From contig JAJDDZ010000312.1 in the NCBI GenBank assembly GCA_029260025.1, positions 1-41,748 on the forward strand: DNA of 41,748 nucleotides. Direction: 5' to 3'. Below, in pieces: positions 1-10,074 of the stretch (positions within the stretch are counted from its first letter, which is position 1; the number at the start of each line of letters is the position of its first letter). This stretch comes from Phycisphaerae bacterium (GTDB taxonomy: Bacteria > Planctomycetota > Phycisphaerae > UBA1845). The notes below the pieces were generated by a model. It was not told the origin of the DNA, did not search any database, and was given only the letters and a program-made list of their open reading frames with translations. A program made the position numbers and the translations under genes.

Positions 1-67
1 GCGGCGCGGCAATTTCGATCTCAAATTCATACTGGGCTACTTGAGCCCCGACGGCGGCTGTTGGCAT
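1..67 (-). CDS. SRPBCC/AHSA1-like domain protein, N-terminal fragment (runs off window start)
   Basis: ATG at 67-65 overlaps the ArsR stop (TAATG coupling). Translation MPTAAVGAQVAQYEFEIEIAAP resembles the first strand of SRPBCC domains, and ArsR-SRPBCC pairs are a common operon. Confidence 0.6.
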   Translation of the reverse strand, partial: MPTAAVGAQVAQYEFEIEIAAP

Positions 68-435
68 TATGTATTCCTTCCTGATTCCACGGCGTCCAAT
101 TCGTCAACCTTGATTTCGACAACCTCCTTCAGATGGCGCAACGCGGACGTCATCTGCCGTCGCCGTCCGTCAATCCACCGGCGTGAGATTGTATCGATGG
201 GTACTGGGTTGAAATGGTTCCAGCGAACACGACCGTCCCATCGGACGACAACAAGTTCAGCGGCGACCAATACTTCCAGGTGCTTCATGACGGCCGTTCG
301 GCAGAGGGGTTGGAATTTTTCCACGAGCGATCCTGTGGTCCTTGGCGCCTTCGCCAAGAAGTCCACCATGCCTCTACGGCGCTGATCTGCGAGGGCTCGC
401 CAGACACGATCGTCATTGGAGGCTGGCTGTAGCAT
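67..435 (-). CDS. ArsR/SmtB family transcriptional regulator
   Basis: VWRALADQRRR...TTGSL...RTAVMKHLEVLVAAELVVVRWDGRVRWNHFNP winged-helix signature. Start placed at ATG 435, downstream of the promoter; the ORF-track start 453 lies inside the promoter. Confidence 0.88.
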   Translation of the reverse strand: MLQPASNDDRVWRALADQRRRGMVDFLAKAPRTTGSLVEKFQPLCRTAVMKHLEVLVAAELVVVRWDGRVRWNHFNPVPIDTISRRWIDGRRRQMTSALRHLKEVVEIKVDELDAVESGRNT

Positions 436-469
436 GTCACTATAATATGACATAATGCCACTTTGTCAA
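434..469 (-). promoter_or_regulatory. Sigma70-type promoter with overlapping palindromic operator (probable ArsR autoregulatory site)
   Basis: Minus strand TTGACA (469-464), 16 nt, TATTAT (447-442), 6 nt, ATG (435). Inverted repeat ATGTCA-N8-TGACAT at 434-453 covers the -10 and the start. Confidence 0.65.
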
Positions 470-604
470 GTCCTCTGGCCCTTGAGGTCTGTAAACAAGG
501 GGCGATTCGAGAGGGTGGGTGATCTGCATCGGGGCGCCTTTGGTTCATCTTGGACAGTTCTGCAGCGCGTTCTCCGATCGGGGATGCGGTTTACGGATTG
601 GGTT

Positions 605-1624
605 CTAGCGCTTGGCGGCGAAGCGGTTGAAGCTGACGCGGGGGGTTGTGTAGTTGTCTTTTTCGGGTTCGTCGCGGCAGAGGTCGGTGGAGAGATACTT
701 CTTGTTTGAGTCGGGTAGGACCGTTACGACGGTTGCCTCTGGTCCGTAGCGTTCACAAAGCTGGATTGCGCCGATGATGTTCGCGCCAGATGAGATCCCG
801 ACTGCGAGACCTAATTCTGCGCATAGCTTTTGTGCCATCAAGATAGAGTCGCCGTCCCATGCGTCAGTGATGTCGTCGAGTTCGTTGAGATGGACGATGG
901 CCGGGATAAATTCGTCGGAGATGCCTTGGATGCGGTGCTTGCCGACTTTGCAACCCGTTCGCAGGGTGGGTGAGTTGGCTGGTTCTAGCGGATGGACGTG
1001 TACGGGCCGCCGCCTGCCACGGAGATAGTCACCTACGCCCATGACTGTTCCGCCGGTTCCGACGCCTGCGACAAATACGTCAGCGCTGCAACCAAACATG
1101 GCTAATTGTCGCTCTATTTCAGGCCCGGTGGTTAGCAAGTGCGCTTCGGCGTTTGCCGGGTGGGCGAACTGTCGAGGGAGAAAAACGTGATCGTGTTCGA
1201 TTGCGTACAGTTCGGCTGACTCGATCGCTCCGACAAAGCCGCCCTGTTCTCGCGAGATGGGGACGACCCATGCGCCGAAGTTGCGAATCAGTTGAACGCG
1301 TTCTCTGCTCATCCAGTCGGGCATGAATATGCGAACGGGATGTCCCAAGGCGCGGCCGATTGCTGCGAAGGATATACCGGTGTTGCCGCTGGATGTTTCT
1401 ACGATGGTGTCGTTTGGTTTGAGCATTCCGGATTGGTATGCTCGCCGAATGATGTGGGCGGCCATCCGGTCCTTGATGCTGCCGGTCATGTTCATCAGTT
1501 CGTATTTGGCGAAGATGCGCCCTGGTCTGCCGTCGATGTCGTAGCTGATTTCGAGAAGGGGTGTGTTTCCGATCAGCGCGGCGAGTTCGTCGACCGATGA
1601 GATGCTTTTTGTTGATGTGGCCAT
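605..1624 (-). CDS. PLP-dependent cysteine synthase family protein (CysK/CysM-like)
   Basis: IGNTPL, AKYELMNMTGSIKDR (PLP lysine), ETSSGNTG, AGVGTGGT, HRIQGI, GISSGAN motifs. Start could be 1624 or up to 1648. Confidence 0.9.
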   Translation of the reverse strand: MATSTKSISSVDELAALIGNTPLLEISYDIDGRPGRIFAKYELMNMTGSIKDRMAAHIIRRAYQSGMLKPNDTIVETSSGNTGISFAAIGRALGHPVRIFMPDWMSRERVQLIRNFGAWVVPISREQGGFVGAIESAELYAIEHDHVFLPRQFAHPANAEAHLLTTGPEIERQLAMFGCSADVFVAGVGTGGTVMGVGDYLRGRRRPVHVHPLEPANSPTLRTGCKVGKHRIQGISDEFIPAIVHLNELDDITDAWDGDSILMAQKLCAELGLAVGISSGANIIGAIQLCERYGPEATVVTVLPDSNKKYLSTDLCRDEPEKDNYTTPRVSFNRFAAKR

Positions 1625-1907
1625 CGGTCGCATTTTGCCCAAACCCATCGAAAGTCGCTGCGCGCTTCGATTCCTCGTGATGCCCCCTGCAATTAGGGTG
1701 CCAGGAGAGAATTGACGGTCGTAATACTGGGGTGGCCTGTGATTTTCCCCCTGTCAAGGTCCTCCTCGACAGTGAAAGATGATCGTAGCTGGCCAACGAG
1801 TCGGTCGTTGATCGCTATCGACGATCGAAAACGGCGTTTTCGTGATCTCAAGCGTCCGGTAATACCGCTCGATACATTGGGGGGATCATGCGCGCGGACG
1901 AGCAGAT

Positions 1908-3677
1908 ATGAAAGCCTTTTACGACAACCAAGCTGGAATTGCTGAGATTTTCCAGGGCCGGTCCGCGCGAATGGGCGGGGGCGTGTGGGTCTACGCTGGT
2001 CTTGGGGTCATCCTTGTGCTTGGTGGATGGATTCGGATTGGTGGGGTGGATCGAGTTGGGATTCGGTTTGAAGACGAGGCGATGTATTTCGTGGACGCTC
2101 GTTTGTGGAATCGCGTCGCTATGGTCGCGACCGATCCGGTTACGGTGGCCGCGGTTATCACGGGTTCAAAGGAGATACTTCGCGATCGGATTGTTCGAGC
2201 TGAAATTCGGTTTGGGGATCGCAATCGAAAGCCGTCTCAGGGGTACACGTTCCTTGGCGCTGCGATGATGTTCGTTGTAGGCGAAGGGGCTGTCGCGCTG
2301 GTAACGCTTAACGCAGTCGCGGGTACGGTGAGCCTTCTCTTGGTCTACTTGATCGGCGCGGCGCTTTGCGGTCGGTCCGTTGGGCTGATTTCGGCGGCGT
2401 TTCTTACCATCTCGCCTTACCACCTTCTTTATTCGAGGGGTGCCCTACCGGACTCGACAGCGATGATGTTTTCGCTTTTTGGGGTTTGGTGTTGGATTCG
2501 CGCCGGTCGAGAAGTGTATCGTGGTCGAACGGCGGTGATGTTGGCGGGGCTTTCGTTTGGGTATGCGCTGACGTGTCATTATCGAAGTGGTTATCTGATC
2601 TGCGTGTTGGCGCTTGTGGAAGGGATCCGTTACCTATCGGGTTCAACTCCATTCGCGCTAGATCGTTTGAAGCCGTTTCTGTCGCGGTGGGTGATTTTCG
2701 GGTGCATGGTCCTAGCTCCAGCGATTTCGATTGAGCTGCTATTCAGATTTGGTCAGCTAGCCGCCTGGGTGTGCGGCGGGGACTTGCCGCTTCGTACCTA
2801 CTTCGAGTCGGCGTACGATCATGCGGTGTTGGAGCACACGGTTGGTGCGACCGCTCGGGGCGGGGCGTTTTGGGGGCTAAACGTTGCAGCGTTGAGGGCG
2901 TTTGCGGAATATGTGAGCAAGTTGGAAGGATTCCCTGCTTGTGGGCTTTGCTTGGTTGGGATGATGGCACTCGTGCGACGCCGAGGAATTAGCGTGCTGC
3001 CGGTGGCGGTTCTTCTTGTGACGATTGGGCTACTTCTCTGTCAGCCATACGTTGTCGCGCGGGGATTCTCCTTCGCCGTTCCATTTTTCTCGATCTGTAC
3101 CGCGGTCGGGATCGTCTGGGTTTCGACGTGGATGGCGAGACGCCGAGGCATTGCTTTGACGGTGGTTTCTTTTGCGCTTGTGGGGGTAGTGGTCGGTTCC
3201 GTCATCGATAGCACTGCCAAGATTCATGGTCGGGTGAGTCAGATTGATGATGCTTGTGCGTTTTTGTCGTTTGAAGGGGGGGGTCGAGCTGTTGTGGCAG
3301 AGGATCCTCTGAAATATGAGGCGTTCAGCGACGGGGGGGTGAAGTTGGTCGAAGGCCGTCGTTACCGCGCGAGCGGCAGCCCCGCGGAAATGTTGGAGAA
3401 GATGCGTGCGGATGGGATTCGTTGGGTAATTGCTGATCCTCAGCGATGGCACTATCGAGATGCGAATTTCGCTGCTCGTGACGGTATTTTTTTCTGGTGG
3501 CAGGAGTTGGAGGAGCTTTTGCGCGACCGGGCGAAGCTTGTTTTCGAGGCCGAGCATATCGCGGGTGATCCCTGGGAATTCTTGGCGGAAGGTCCTGGAC
3601 TGATCTACCTTGAGGAGATGCACCAGCGCGGTGACGGGGCGATTCGCATTTACGAATTGTCGTCGATCGCTGGGTGA
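1908..3677 (+). CDS. Glycosyltransferase family 39 / ArnT-PMT-like multi-pass membrane protein
   Basis: N-terminal TM then 'FEDEAMY' (DE motif), 'LVYLIGAALCGRSVGLISAAFLTISPYHLLYSR...PDS' GT-C signature, many TM helices and a C-terminal soluble domain. Confidence 0.75.
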   Translation: MKAFYDNQAGIAEIFQGRSARMGGGVWVYAGLGVILVLGGWIRIGGVDRVGIRFEDEAMYFVDARLWNRVAMVATDPVTVAAVITGSKEILRDRIVRAEIRFGDRNRKPSQGYTFLGAAMMFVVGEGAVALVTLNAVAGTVSLLLVYLIGAALCGRSVGLISAAFLTISPYHLLYSRGALPDSTAMMFSLFGVWCWIRAGREVYRGRTAVMLAGLSFGYALTCHYRSGYLICVLALVEGIRYLSGSTPFALDRLKPFLSRWVIFGCMVLAPAISIELLFRFGQLAAWVCGGDLPLRTYFESAYDHAVLEHTVGATARGGAFWGLNVAALRAFAEYVSKLEGFPACGLCLVGMMALVRRRGISVLPVAVLLVTIGLLLCQPYVVARGFSFAVPFFSICTAVGIVWVSTWMARRRGIALTVVSFALVGVVVGSVIDSTAKIHGRVSQIDDACAFLSFEGGGRAVVAEDPLKYEAFSDGGVKLVEGRRYRASGSPAEMLEKMRADGIRWVIADPQRWHYRDANFAARDGIFFWWQELEELLRDRAKLVFEAEHIAGDPWEFLAEGPGLIYLEEMHQRGDGAIRIYELSSIAG

Positions 3678-3883
3678 GGGTTTCGCCATCCATGGAATTG
3701 GGATAGTGGCTGATCTGGTTGGGTTCGGATAGAATATGTCCTCGTGCGGGCGGAGTTGCCCGTCGGGTCAGATAAATTAGAACAAGCACTATTCTGCTGC
3801 AGTATCTGGTGGTTCGTATTGCCCGGAGAAGCCTCGCGGAGGTCCGTTGCATCTGAACTGTCGGTGCTGCGGGGCGGTTAGCC

Positions 3884-6268
3884 ATGAACGAAGTATCGAA
3901 TCCACGCGGCGGGTCCTCCTCTGGTCGGCGGCGTAGTCCTGTCACGGTTTTTCTAGATCTGTTCAGTGTTTGGACGGGGGTTGCGCTCGCTGGTCTCCTT
4001 TTTCTGTACTGCTCTATCGGTAGCGGCATGCCTCAGGTGCGCCAGCGTCCTGAGTTGGAGATGACGGAGTTCGAATGGTTTCATTGGTGGCCCTTCGTTT
4101 GGTTGATTGGGCTTTTTACGGTCAACATGATCGTGATTACGGTTCGGAAGATCCCTCTTCGCAAGATCAATGCTGGCGTTTGGTTGATTCACACTGGGAT
4201 CATCATCATGACGCTGGGCAGTTACTACTATTTTTCGACGAAAATCGAGGGAGATGCGCCTGTCTTTCGTCGGCAGGTAAAGATTGAACTTCCGGGAATG
4301 GATGAGCCGCGGACCTTGGTTGCGCTTCCTGGTAGTCATACGCATGCGTCGACCGGCGGAAAGACTTGGGAGTTTCAAGTTCAGAGCACGAACACGGATT
4401 GGCCTATTCTTTCTGACGAAAACAAGGGCGAAATTGCGTACGCGGTAAACGTGATGGTCACTCCGCCGGACGGTGAGCCTTTTATTCGGCAATTGCTGGG
4501 GGGGTATCCTCAGTACACCGAGGACGTAATTCCTGGGAAGGGTCGGGCGATCAAATCGACTGGGAAAAAGCTGTTGCGTGATGAGCTGGAGCTTTCGCTT
4601 GAGTATCATTCGACAGAATATTTTCATGTGATGGATACGTCGGCGCTTTTTGTTCGGCGGGTCGGGGAGAGCGAGTGGGTCGAGAGGCCTATCGAGCGTT
4701 TGCCTCGGTATAATGAGCGGATTGCGTCGCGCGATCAAGTTTTCTTTGATCCCCATCACCCAATACCACTTCGATCGATTGATATTGAGGTTCCGCCAGC
4801 AGTTGGTGGCGATGCGTTGTCTGATGCGTCGGTTCATGTAACGGGTTTTCTACGTTACGCGCATATGGAGCGTCGATGGCGGGGTGGCAGCGATCGGTTG
4901 AATCCGGTTTTGAACATTTCTTTGTTGTCGGATCGGGCAGCGACGGAATCTTTTGAGCTTGCAGCGCTTGACCCCGCTCGTCGAACTGCGGGAAATGGGA
5001 ACATAGAGTTTTCGTGGTTGCGAGATGCGTCGCAGGTCGCGTCTCTGCCGACGGACTCTCGGGCGACGTTGCGAATTAAGTTGTCGGACGTTGCGGATGA
5101 GATTGTTGTGCCAATTACGGCCGAGTCCCTCGGTGGCGGTTTTCTACCGATCGGCGAAAGCGTATTTTCTTATCGTATTAAGAACATTCAAGATCGGCTG
5201 ACGATTCCTGGTCGGGAGATCCCTGTTTCGGTTGCGATCGTCGAACTGAAGACGCCTGAGCGGACGATCACGCGGTGGGTTGCGGATCAGCCTGGTATGT
5301 CGCGTGACATGGATGCTGGGCAGAATGATCCGCACGCCAATATTCCAGATGCTGGAATGTCGCCGACAACTCCAATCGAGCCGGATTCTCGGGTTGTCAT
5401 GACGTATCAACCTGGGTCTGCTCCGCTGATATTTGCTGGTTATCCGGGCGGTTTGCATTTTATTTTCAATGGTGCTGAGGGGCGTGCGATCAGTCGTGAC
5501 GTTCGCCCGGGTGAGTCGATCGAGGTGATGGAGGGGTTGACGCTGCGTGTCGATGGATTTTTCGCGAATGCGACTGCTGAGGTTAAGCCGTTTGTTGTTC
5601 CGCCCAATTCACGGCAGCGGGGCGTCGGCGATCTTTTTTCGATGATTCGTCTAGAGGTGAATACGGGCGGAACTGCACAAACCAAGTGGGTTTCATTTAA
5701 TCGCTACGTGTTTCCCGATAGTCAGTACGCGTATCAAGGGCGGTTCGCTTATCTTCCGTATCGGTTTAGGTTGGTTGATGGCGGGGAGGTCGAAGTGATG
5801 TTCTCTCGCGAGCGACGAAAGCTTCCCGCTGCGATTGGACTTGATGATTTCGAGATTGACGCCCATCTCGGCGGTTATACGGGGAGCACGTCTACGATTC
5901 GTAATTACGTGAGTCACTTGCGATTTAATGACGGTAGCGGTTGGACAGAATCCGAGCCGATTCAGGTCAATGCTCCTACGGAGTTTGGTGGGTATTGGTT
6001 TTTTCAATCGACCTGGGATAAGCCGCAGGACACCAATCCTAGCGGGGCGATGAACTATACCGGTCTTGGGATCGGAAATCGCAACGGTGTCTATGTGCAG
6101 CTTGCTGGTTGCTGTATTGCGGTTGTGGGAATGCTGTTTGCGTTTTATGTGAAACCGATGATGAAGCGGAAGCGGGCGGCGCAGTCACGGGCGAAGGTGT
6201 CGCAATCGACTGTCGCTTCTGGTCGTGACGAGGTCGCTGCTGATTCGAAGCACACGGTGGGTGTGTGA
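3884..6268 (+). CDS. Cytochrome c biogenesis protein ResB/CcsB-like (system II)
   Basis: Three N-terminal TMs with 'GVWLIHTGIII' conserved His, a large periplasmic domain, 'IQVNAPTEFGGYWFFQS' motif and a C-terminal TM ending 'FAFYVKP'. Directly upstream of CcsA. Confidence 0.82.
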   Translation: MNEVSNPRGGSSSGRRRSPVTVFLDLFSVWTGVALAGLLFLYCSIGSGMPQVRQRPELEMTEFEWFHWWPFVWLIGLFTVNMIVITVRKIPLRKINAGVWLIHTGIIIMTLGSYYYFSTKIEGDAPVFRRQVKIELPGMDEPRTLVALPGSHTHASTGGKTWEFQVQSTNTDWPILSDENKGEIAYAVNVMVTPPDGEPFIRQLLGGYPQYTEDVIPGKGRAIKSTGKKLLRDELELSLEYHSTEYFHVMDTSALFVRRVGESEWVERPIERLPRYNERIASRDQVFFDPHHPIPLRSIDIEVPPAVGGDALSDASVHVTGFLRYAHMERRWRGGSDRLNPVLNISLLSDRAATESFELAALDPARRTAGNGNIEFSWLRDASQVASLPTDSRATLRIKLSDVADEIVVPITAESLGGGFLPIGESVFSYRIKNIQDRLTIPGREIPVSVAIVELKTPERTITRWVADQPGMSRDMDAGQNDPHANIPDAGMSPTTPIEPDSRVVMTYQPGSAPLIFAGYPGGLHFIFNGAEGRAISRDVRPGESIEVMEGLTLRVDGFFANATAEVKPFVVPPNSRQRGVGDLFSMIRLEVNTGGTAQTKWVSFNRYVFPDSQYAYQGRFAYLPYRFRLVDGGEVEVMFSRERRKLPAAIGLDDFEIDAHLGGYTGSTSTIRNYVSHLRFNDGSGWTESEPIQVNAPTEFGGYWFFQSTWDKPQDTNPSGAMNYTGLGIGNRNGVYVQLAGCCIAVVGMLFAFYVKPMMKRKRAAQSRAKVSQSTVASGRDEVAADSKHTVGV

Positions 6269-6323
6269 CCTCAAGAATACTTTCAGAGACTTGGCCGGGG
6301 CGAAGAAAGAATCGAGCTGGATC

Positions 6324-8291
6324 ATGAAACTTCGTGTTCGAGTGATTGATGTGATGGTGGTTCTCGCGATCGTTTTGTATGCGGGATACGTGTCCATTGG
6401 GGGAGTTGCGACGAAGCAAGATGAGGTTGGGAGCTTCGCCAACGAAGTCAATCTGGATCCATTGTTTGGGACGGCGGTGCAGGCGGATGGGCGTTTGCGG
6501 TCGTTCGAGTCTCATGCCAAGACCTTCATGGGGCTTGTTAGTGGTCCGCGCGTGATACATGGTCAAGCGTATGCGTTTACGTATCTTGATCTGATGTTTC
6601 GCCCGGAGGCGTATCGCGATGTTGATCTGATTTACGTTAAGAACAAGGACGTTCGGCAGCAGCTTCTTGCGGCAATTTCGCCGAATGACGAGATGAGCTT
6701 GGAGCGCCGAGAAGAGGTCCAAAAGGTTGGGCTCTTTCCGCAGAGCGTTTTCGCGACGCAGCCCGTCGGTGTTCTCTTGCAGAGGTTGGGGAAGGATCTC
6801 ATTCGCACGGCGAAAGAGGTTGATGCGATCAATGTCGCGTTGTCGGTGGCGAATCCGAACGTCCTGGCTAATAATCTTCGACTCGTTGCGTCTCCGAGCG
6901 GCGATATTCAAGATCAGTGGTTCACGATGGATGCACTCGTTTCGGCGGGCGGTGCGCCGCAGGACAACGTCCACGCTGCGATTGCCAAGCCAGCGGCGAT
7001 ACCCGGTCTTGACGCCGAGCTGCAAGCGAAACTGGCTGATTCTTGGTCGAAGTTGCGGGCGAGTTGGCGCCTCGAGGATATCCCTGGGATCAATGAGCAC
7101 CTTGCGTCGCTTGCGGGGCTGCTGCCGACTGTCGCGCCGGGTCTCTATCCGTCGTCGGATCGCCTCTCGATGGAGAGCTGGTATTTTCGCAATAAGAGCA
7201 TGACCTGGGTTTGGTTGTTGTATCTTGTGGCTGTCGTTCCGCTCTTGATGTCGGTGATTTACAAGTGGGATGGTGCACGAACGACGGGGATGGTTCTTTT
7301 TGTTATCGCGTTCTTGGCACAGACGTCGTCGATCGGGATTCGGTGGTACATTTCGGGAAGGTGGCCTAATTCGAATATGTTTGAGGCGGTAACGACTGCT
7401 GCCTGGATGGGCGGGGTGCTTGCGATGATTCTCGAATACGTCGTGAGAAAGAGCGATTTTCGTAATCTTTTTGCGTTGGGTTCCGCAGTCGTTTCGATGG
7501 GCGCCTTGATGGCGGCGTATTTTCTGCCGGCTGCGCTTGATTCAGGGATTGGAAACAAGATGGCGGCGCTTAACGATGTTTGGCTTTACATTCATACGAA
7601 CATGATCATCTGGGGATATGCGGTGATTGGACTGGCTTGTATTCCGGCGCTTCTGTTGCTTCGGCACCGCTGGTGTCGGGCGTGGGACGAGGGAACGATT
7701 CCGAAATTCCGGTTGATGCTGCTGCCGATGGCCTTGACGGTCTTGAACTACGCGGCGTACCTGTTGCTCATGCATGTGATCGCTTACGAGAAGTTCGGTC
7801 TTTCGCAGAACGCACTCTTGGGGACGGCGGGCGCTTTTTGGGGGTCGCTGTTTGTTGTGATGCTGGAGGCGTTGGGTGCCCGCGAGCGACGACTTTCTGG
7901 AATGAAAGTGGAGCGAGCGGCGAGCGGCGGGGCGTCTGCTCTGATGGCTGGAGGCGGGGGGATGCTTTCAAATGAGAAGCCGACGGCTGCCCAGGTATAT
8001 GATGGTGCGACGATGGTTCTGGTTGAGCTGTCCTTCATTATGCTTTGGACGGGGATTGTCATGGGAGCGATCTGGGCGGATCACTCCTGGGGACGTCCTT
8101 GGGGTTGGGATCCGAAAGAGGTTTTTGCACTCAATACGTTTTTGATTTTTCTTGTTCTGATTCACGTTCGACTGAAGGTGAAGGATCGAGCATTTTGGAC
8201 GGCGATTCTGGCGCTTGTTGGGTTTGAGGTGATGATGTTCAACTGGATCGCGGTTAACTTTGTGATTACCGGTCTGCACAGCTACGCTTAA
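6324..8291 (+). CDS. ccsA: Cytochrome c biogenesis protein CcsA/ResC (system II heme lyase)
   Basis: WWD domain 'GAIWADHSWGRPWGWDPKE', 'RWYISGRWPNSNMFE', 'WLYIH' and C-terminal 'GLHSYA'. Start uncertain (6225, 6261 or 6324). Confidence 0.92.
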   Translation: MKLRVRVIDVMVVLAIVLYAGYVSIGGVATKQDEVGSFANEVNLDPLFGTAVQADGRLRSFESHAKTFMGLVSGPRVIHGQAYAFTYLDLMFRPEAYRDVDLIYVKNKDVRQQLLAAISPNDEMSLERREEVQKVGLFPQSVFATQPVGVLLQRLGKDLIRTAKEVDAINVALSVANPNVLANNLRLVASPSGDIQDQWFTMDALVSAGGAPQDNVHAAIAKPAAIPGLDAELQAKLADSWSKLRASWRLEDIPGINEHLASLAGLLPTVAPGLYPSSDRLSMESWYFRNKSMTWVWLLYLVAVVPLLMSVIYKWDGARTTGMVLFVIAFLAQTSSIGIRWYISGRWPNSNMFEAVTTAAWMGGVLAMILEYVVRKSDFRNLFALGSAVVSMGALMAAYFLPAALDSGIGNKMAALNDVWLYIHTNMIIWGYAVIGLACIPALLLLRHRWCRAWDEGTIPKFRLMLLPMALTVLNYAAYLLLMHVIAYEKFGLSQNALLGTAGAFWGSLFVVMLEALGARERRLSGMKVERAASGGASALMAGGGGMLSNEKPTAAQVYDGATMVLVELSFIMLWTGIVMGAIWADHSWGRPWGWDPKEVFALNTFLIFLVLIHVRLKVKDRAFWTAILALVGFEVMMFNWIAVNFVITGLHSYA

Positions 8292-8334
8292 AAGTACGAC
8301 TACGCTTGGAAATGCCACGGAAGGTTCGCATGTT

Positions 8335-10041
8335 ATGGCACAATTGGATTATCCACGTAAGTTTGTCGCCACTGATGAGGTGTTAGACTCCTGGGAGAAG
8401 ATCGCCCCCTATTTCGATCGACTTGGGAGTGCGCCGATCGATTCGGTGGAGGAGCTGGCGTCTTGGCTTGAGAATTACAGTGAGCTTGTAGCCGGGGTTT
8501 CGGAAGTTGGAACGGATCGTCATGTAAAGATGACGTGTCAGACTGACGACGAGTCGCGGAAGAGAGCGTTCTTAGATTTTGTTGAGAATATTGCGCCGCA
8601 GTTCAAGGTCGCGTGTCATTCGCTTGATATTCGGTACACGGAGTCGAAGGCTGCCGGTGCTCTGGCTCCGGATCGTTATGCGGTTTTAGACCGCAGCGTT
8701 CGTGCGGGTGTTGAGGTCTTTCGCCAGGAGAATGTTCCTCTTCAGACGGATGAGACGAAGCTTGAGCAGGAGTATCAGGAAGTCAGCGGCGCTCAGATGG
8801 TCGAGTTTGACGGGAGAGAGCAGACCATGCAGCAGCTTGGTCTCTATGCGGAGAAGACGGATCGAGCCATTCGGCAGGGGGCGTGGGAGGTTGAGTGGAA
8901 CCGTCGCAGTCAGGACGTTGACAAGCTCGAAAGCATTTTCGATCAGCTGATCGCGCTTCGTCAGAGGATGGCTGGGAATGCGGACTGTGCGGATTATCGC
9001 GAGTACGCGTTTAAGGTGAAACAGCGGTTCGATTATTCGGCGGACGACTGCATCGCGTTTCATGATGCGGTGGAGCGGGCGGTCGTTCCGGCGGTTCGGG
9101 AGCTGCAGAAGCAGCGGGCGGCGACGCTTGGGCTGGATACGCTTCGTCCTTGGGATCTGGCGGTTGATGTGAAGTCGCGTCCGCCGCTTCGACCTTTCAC
9201 CGAACCGAGCGATCTTTGTGAGAAGGGGTCTCGGGTCTTTCATCGAGTTGATCCTGTGCTGGGCGGTCAGTTTGACGATATGCAAGCCAAGGGATATTTG
9301 GACCTCGCAAGTCGAAAGGGGAAAGCGCCGGGTGGTTATCAGGCGACTTACGACGAGGGGCGTCATCCGTTCATTTTTATGAATGCGGTTGGGTTGCAGC
9401 GTGATGTTAGTACGCTGATTCATGAAGGTGGGCATGCTTTTCATAGTTACGCGGCCCGGGACGATGCGCTGTTGAATTATCGAAGCAGTCCGATTGAGTT
9501 TGCTGAGGTCGCTTCGATGGGGATGGAGCTCTTGGCGGTTGAATTTCTCGACGAGTTTTATGATGAAGAGCAAATGGCTCGGGCGAAGCGTCAGGAGCTT
9601 GAGGGGTTGATCGGTTTGTTTCCTTGGGTGGCGACGATTGATGCCTTTCAACATTGGATATACACAAACCCGACGCACGATCGCGGGTCGCGGAAAGACC
9701 ATTGGTTGTCTTTGCATCAGCGGTTTGGCGGGATAGCGGATTTTACGGGTTATGAAGATGCCCTTGCTTATCGATGGCATAAGCAACTTCATCTGTTCGA
9801 GGTTCCGTTCTATTATATTGAGTACGCCATAGCGCAGCTCGGCGCTATGCAGGTTTGGCGAAATTCAAAGAACGATTATTCGAGAGCGGTTACTCAATAT
9901 CGAAAAGCGCTTGCACTTGGCGGTTCGCGTCCATTGCCGGAGCTTTTTGAAAGCGCGGGAGCGAAGTTTGATTTTTCATATGATACGCTCGCCCCGTTGG
10001 TTGAAATGATTCAGTTGGAACTTGGGAAGCTGCCAGCGTAG
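8335..10041 (+). CDS. M3 family oligoendopeptidase (PepF-like)
   Basis: 'DLASRKGKAPGGY', 'PFIFMN', 'HEGGHAFH' zinc motif, 'EFAEVASMGMEL', 'HLFEVPFYYIEY'. Confidence 0.93.
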   Translation: MAQLDYPRKFVATDEVLDSWEKIAPYFDRLGSAPIDSVEELASWLENYSELVAGVSEVGTDRHVKMTCQTDDESRKRAFLDFVENIAPQFKVACHSLDIRYTESKAAGALAPDRYAVLDRSVRAGVEVFRQENVPLQTDETKLEQEYQEVSGAQMVEFDGREQTMQQLGLYAEKTDRAIRQGAWEVEWNRRSQDVDKLESIFDQLIALRQRMAGNADCADYREYAFKVKQRFDYSADDCIAFHDAVERAVVPAVRELQKQRAATLGLDTLRPWDLAVDVKSRPPLRPFTEPSDLCEKGSRVFHRVDPVLGGQFDDMQAKGYLDLASRKGKAPGGYQATYDEGRHPFIFMNAVGLQRDVSTLIHEGGHAFHSYAARDDALLNYRSSPIEFAEVASMGMELLAVEFLDEFYDEEQMARAKRQELEGLIGLFPWVATIDAFQHWIYTNPTHDRGSRKDHWLSLHQRFGGIADFTGYEDALAYRWHKQLHLFEVPFYYIEYAIAQLGAMQVWRNSKNDYSRAVTQYRKALALGGSRPLPELFESAGAKFDFSYDTLAPLVEMIQLELGKLPA

Positions 10042-10074
10042 TAAGTGTCAGCATTGCGGACTTGAAGACCGAAA

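Noticed and set aside
445-471. dif-like string ATATGACATAA-TGCCA-CTTTGTCAAGT
   Set aside because: The spacer is 5 rather than 6 bp, the match is explained by the TTGACA promoter and ArsR operator, and it lies well inside the G-rich segment.
6039-9792. Long antisense ORFs (6039-7100, 8686-9792 and similar elsewhere)
   Set aside because: They overlap well-supported genes on the opposite strand and carry no motifs; typical shadow ORFs of GC-rich DNA.
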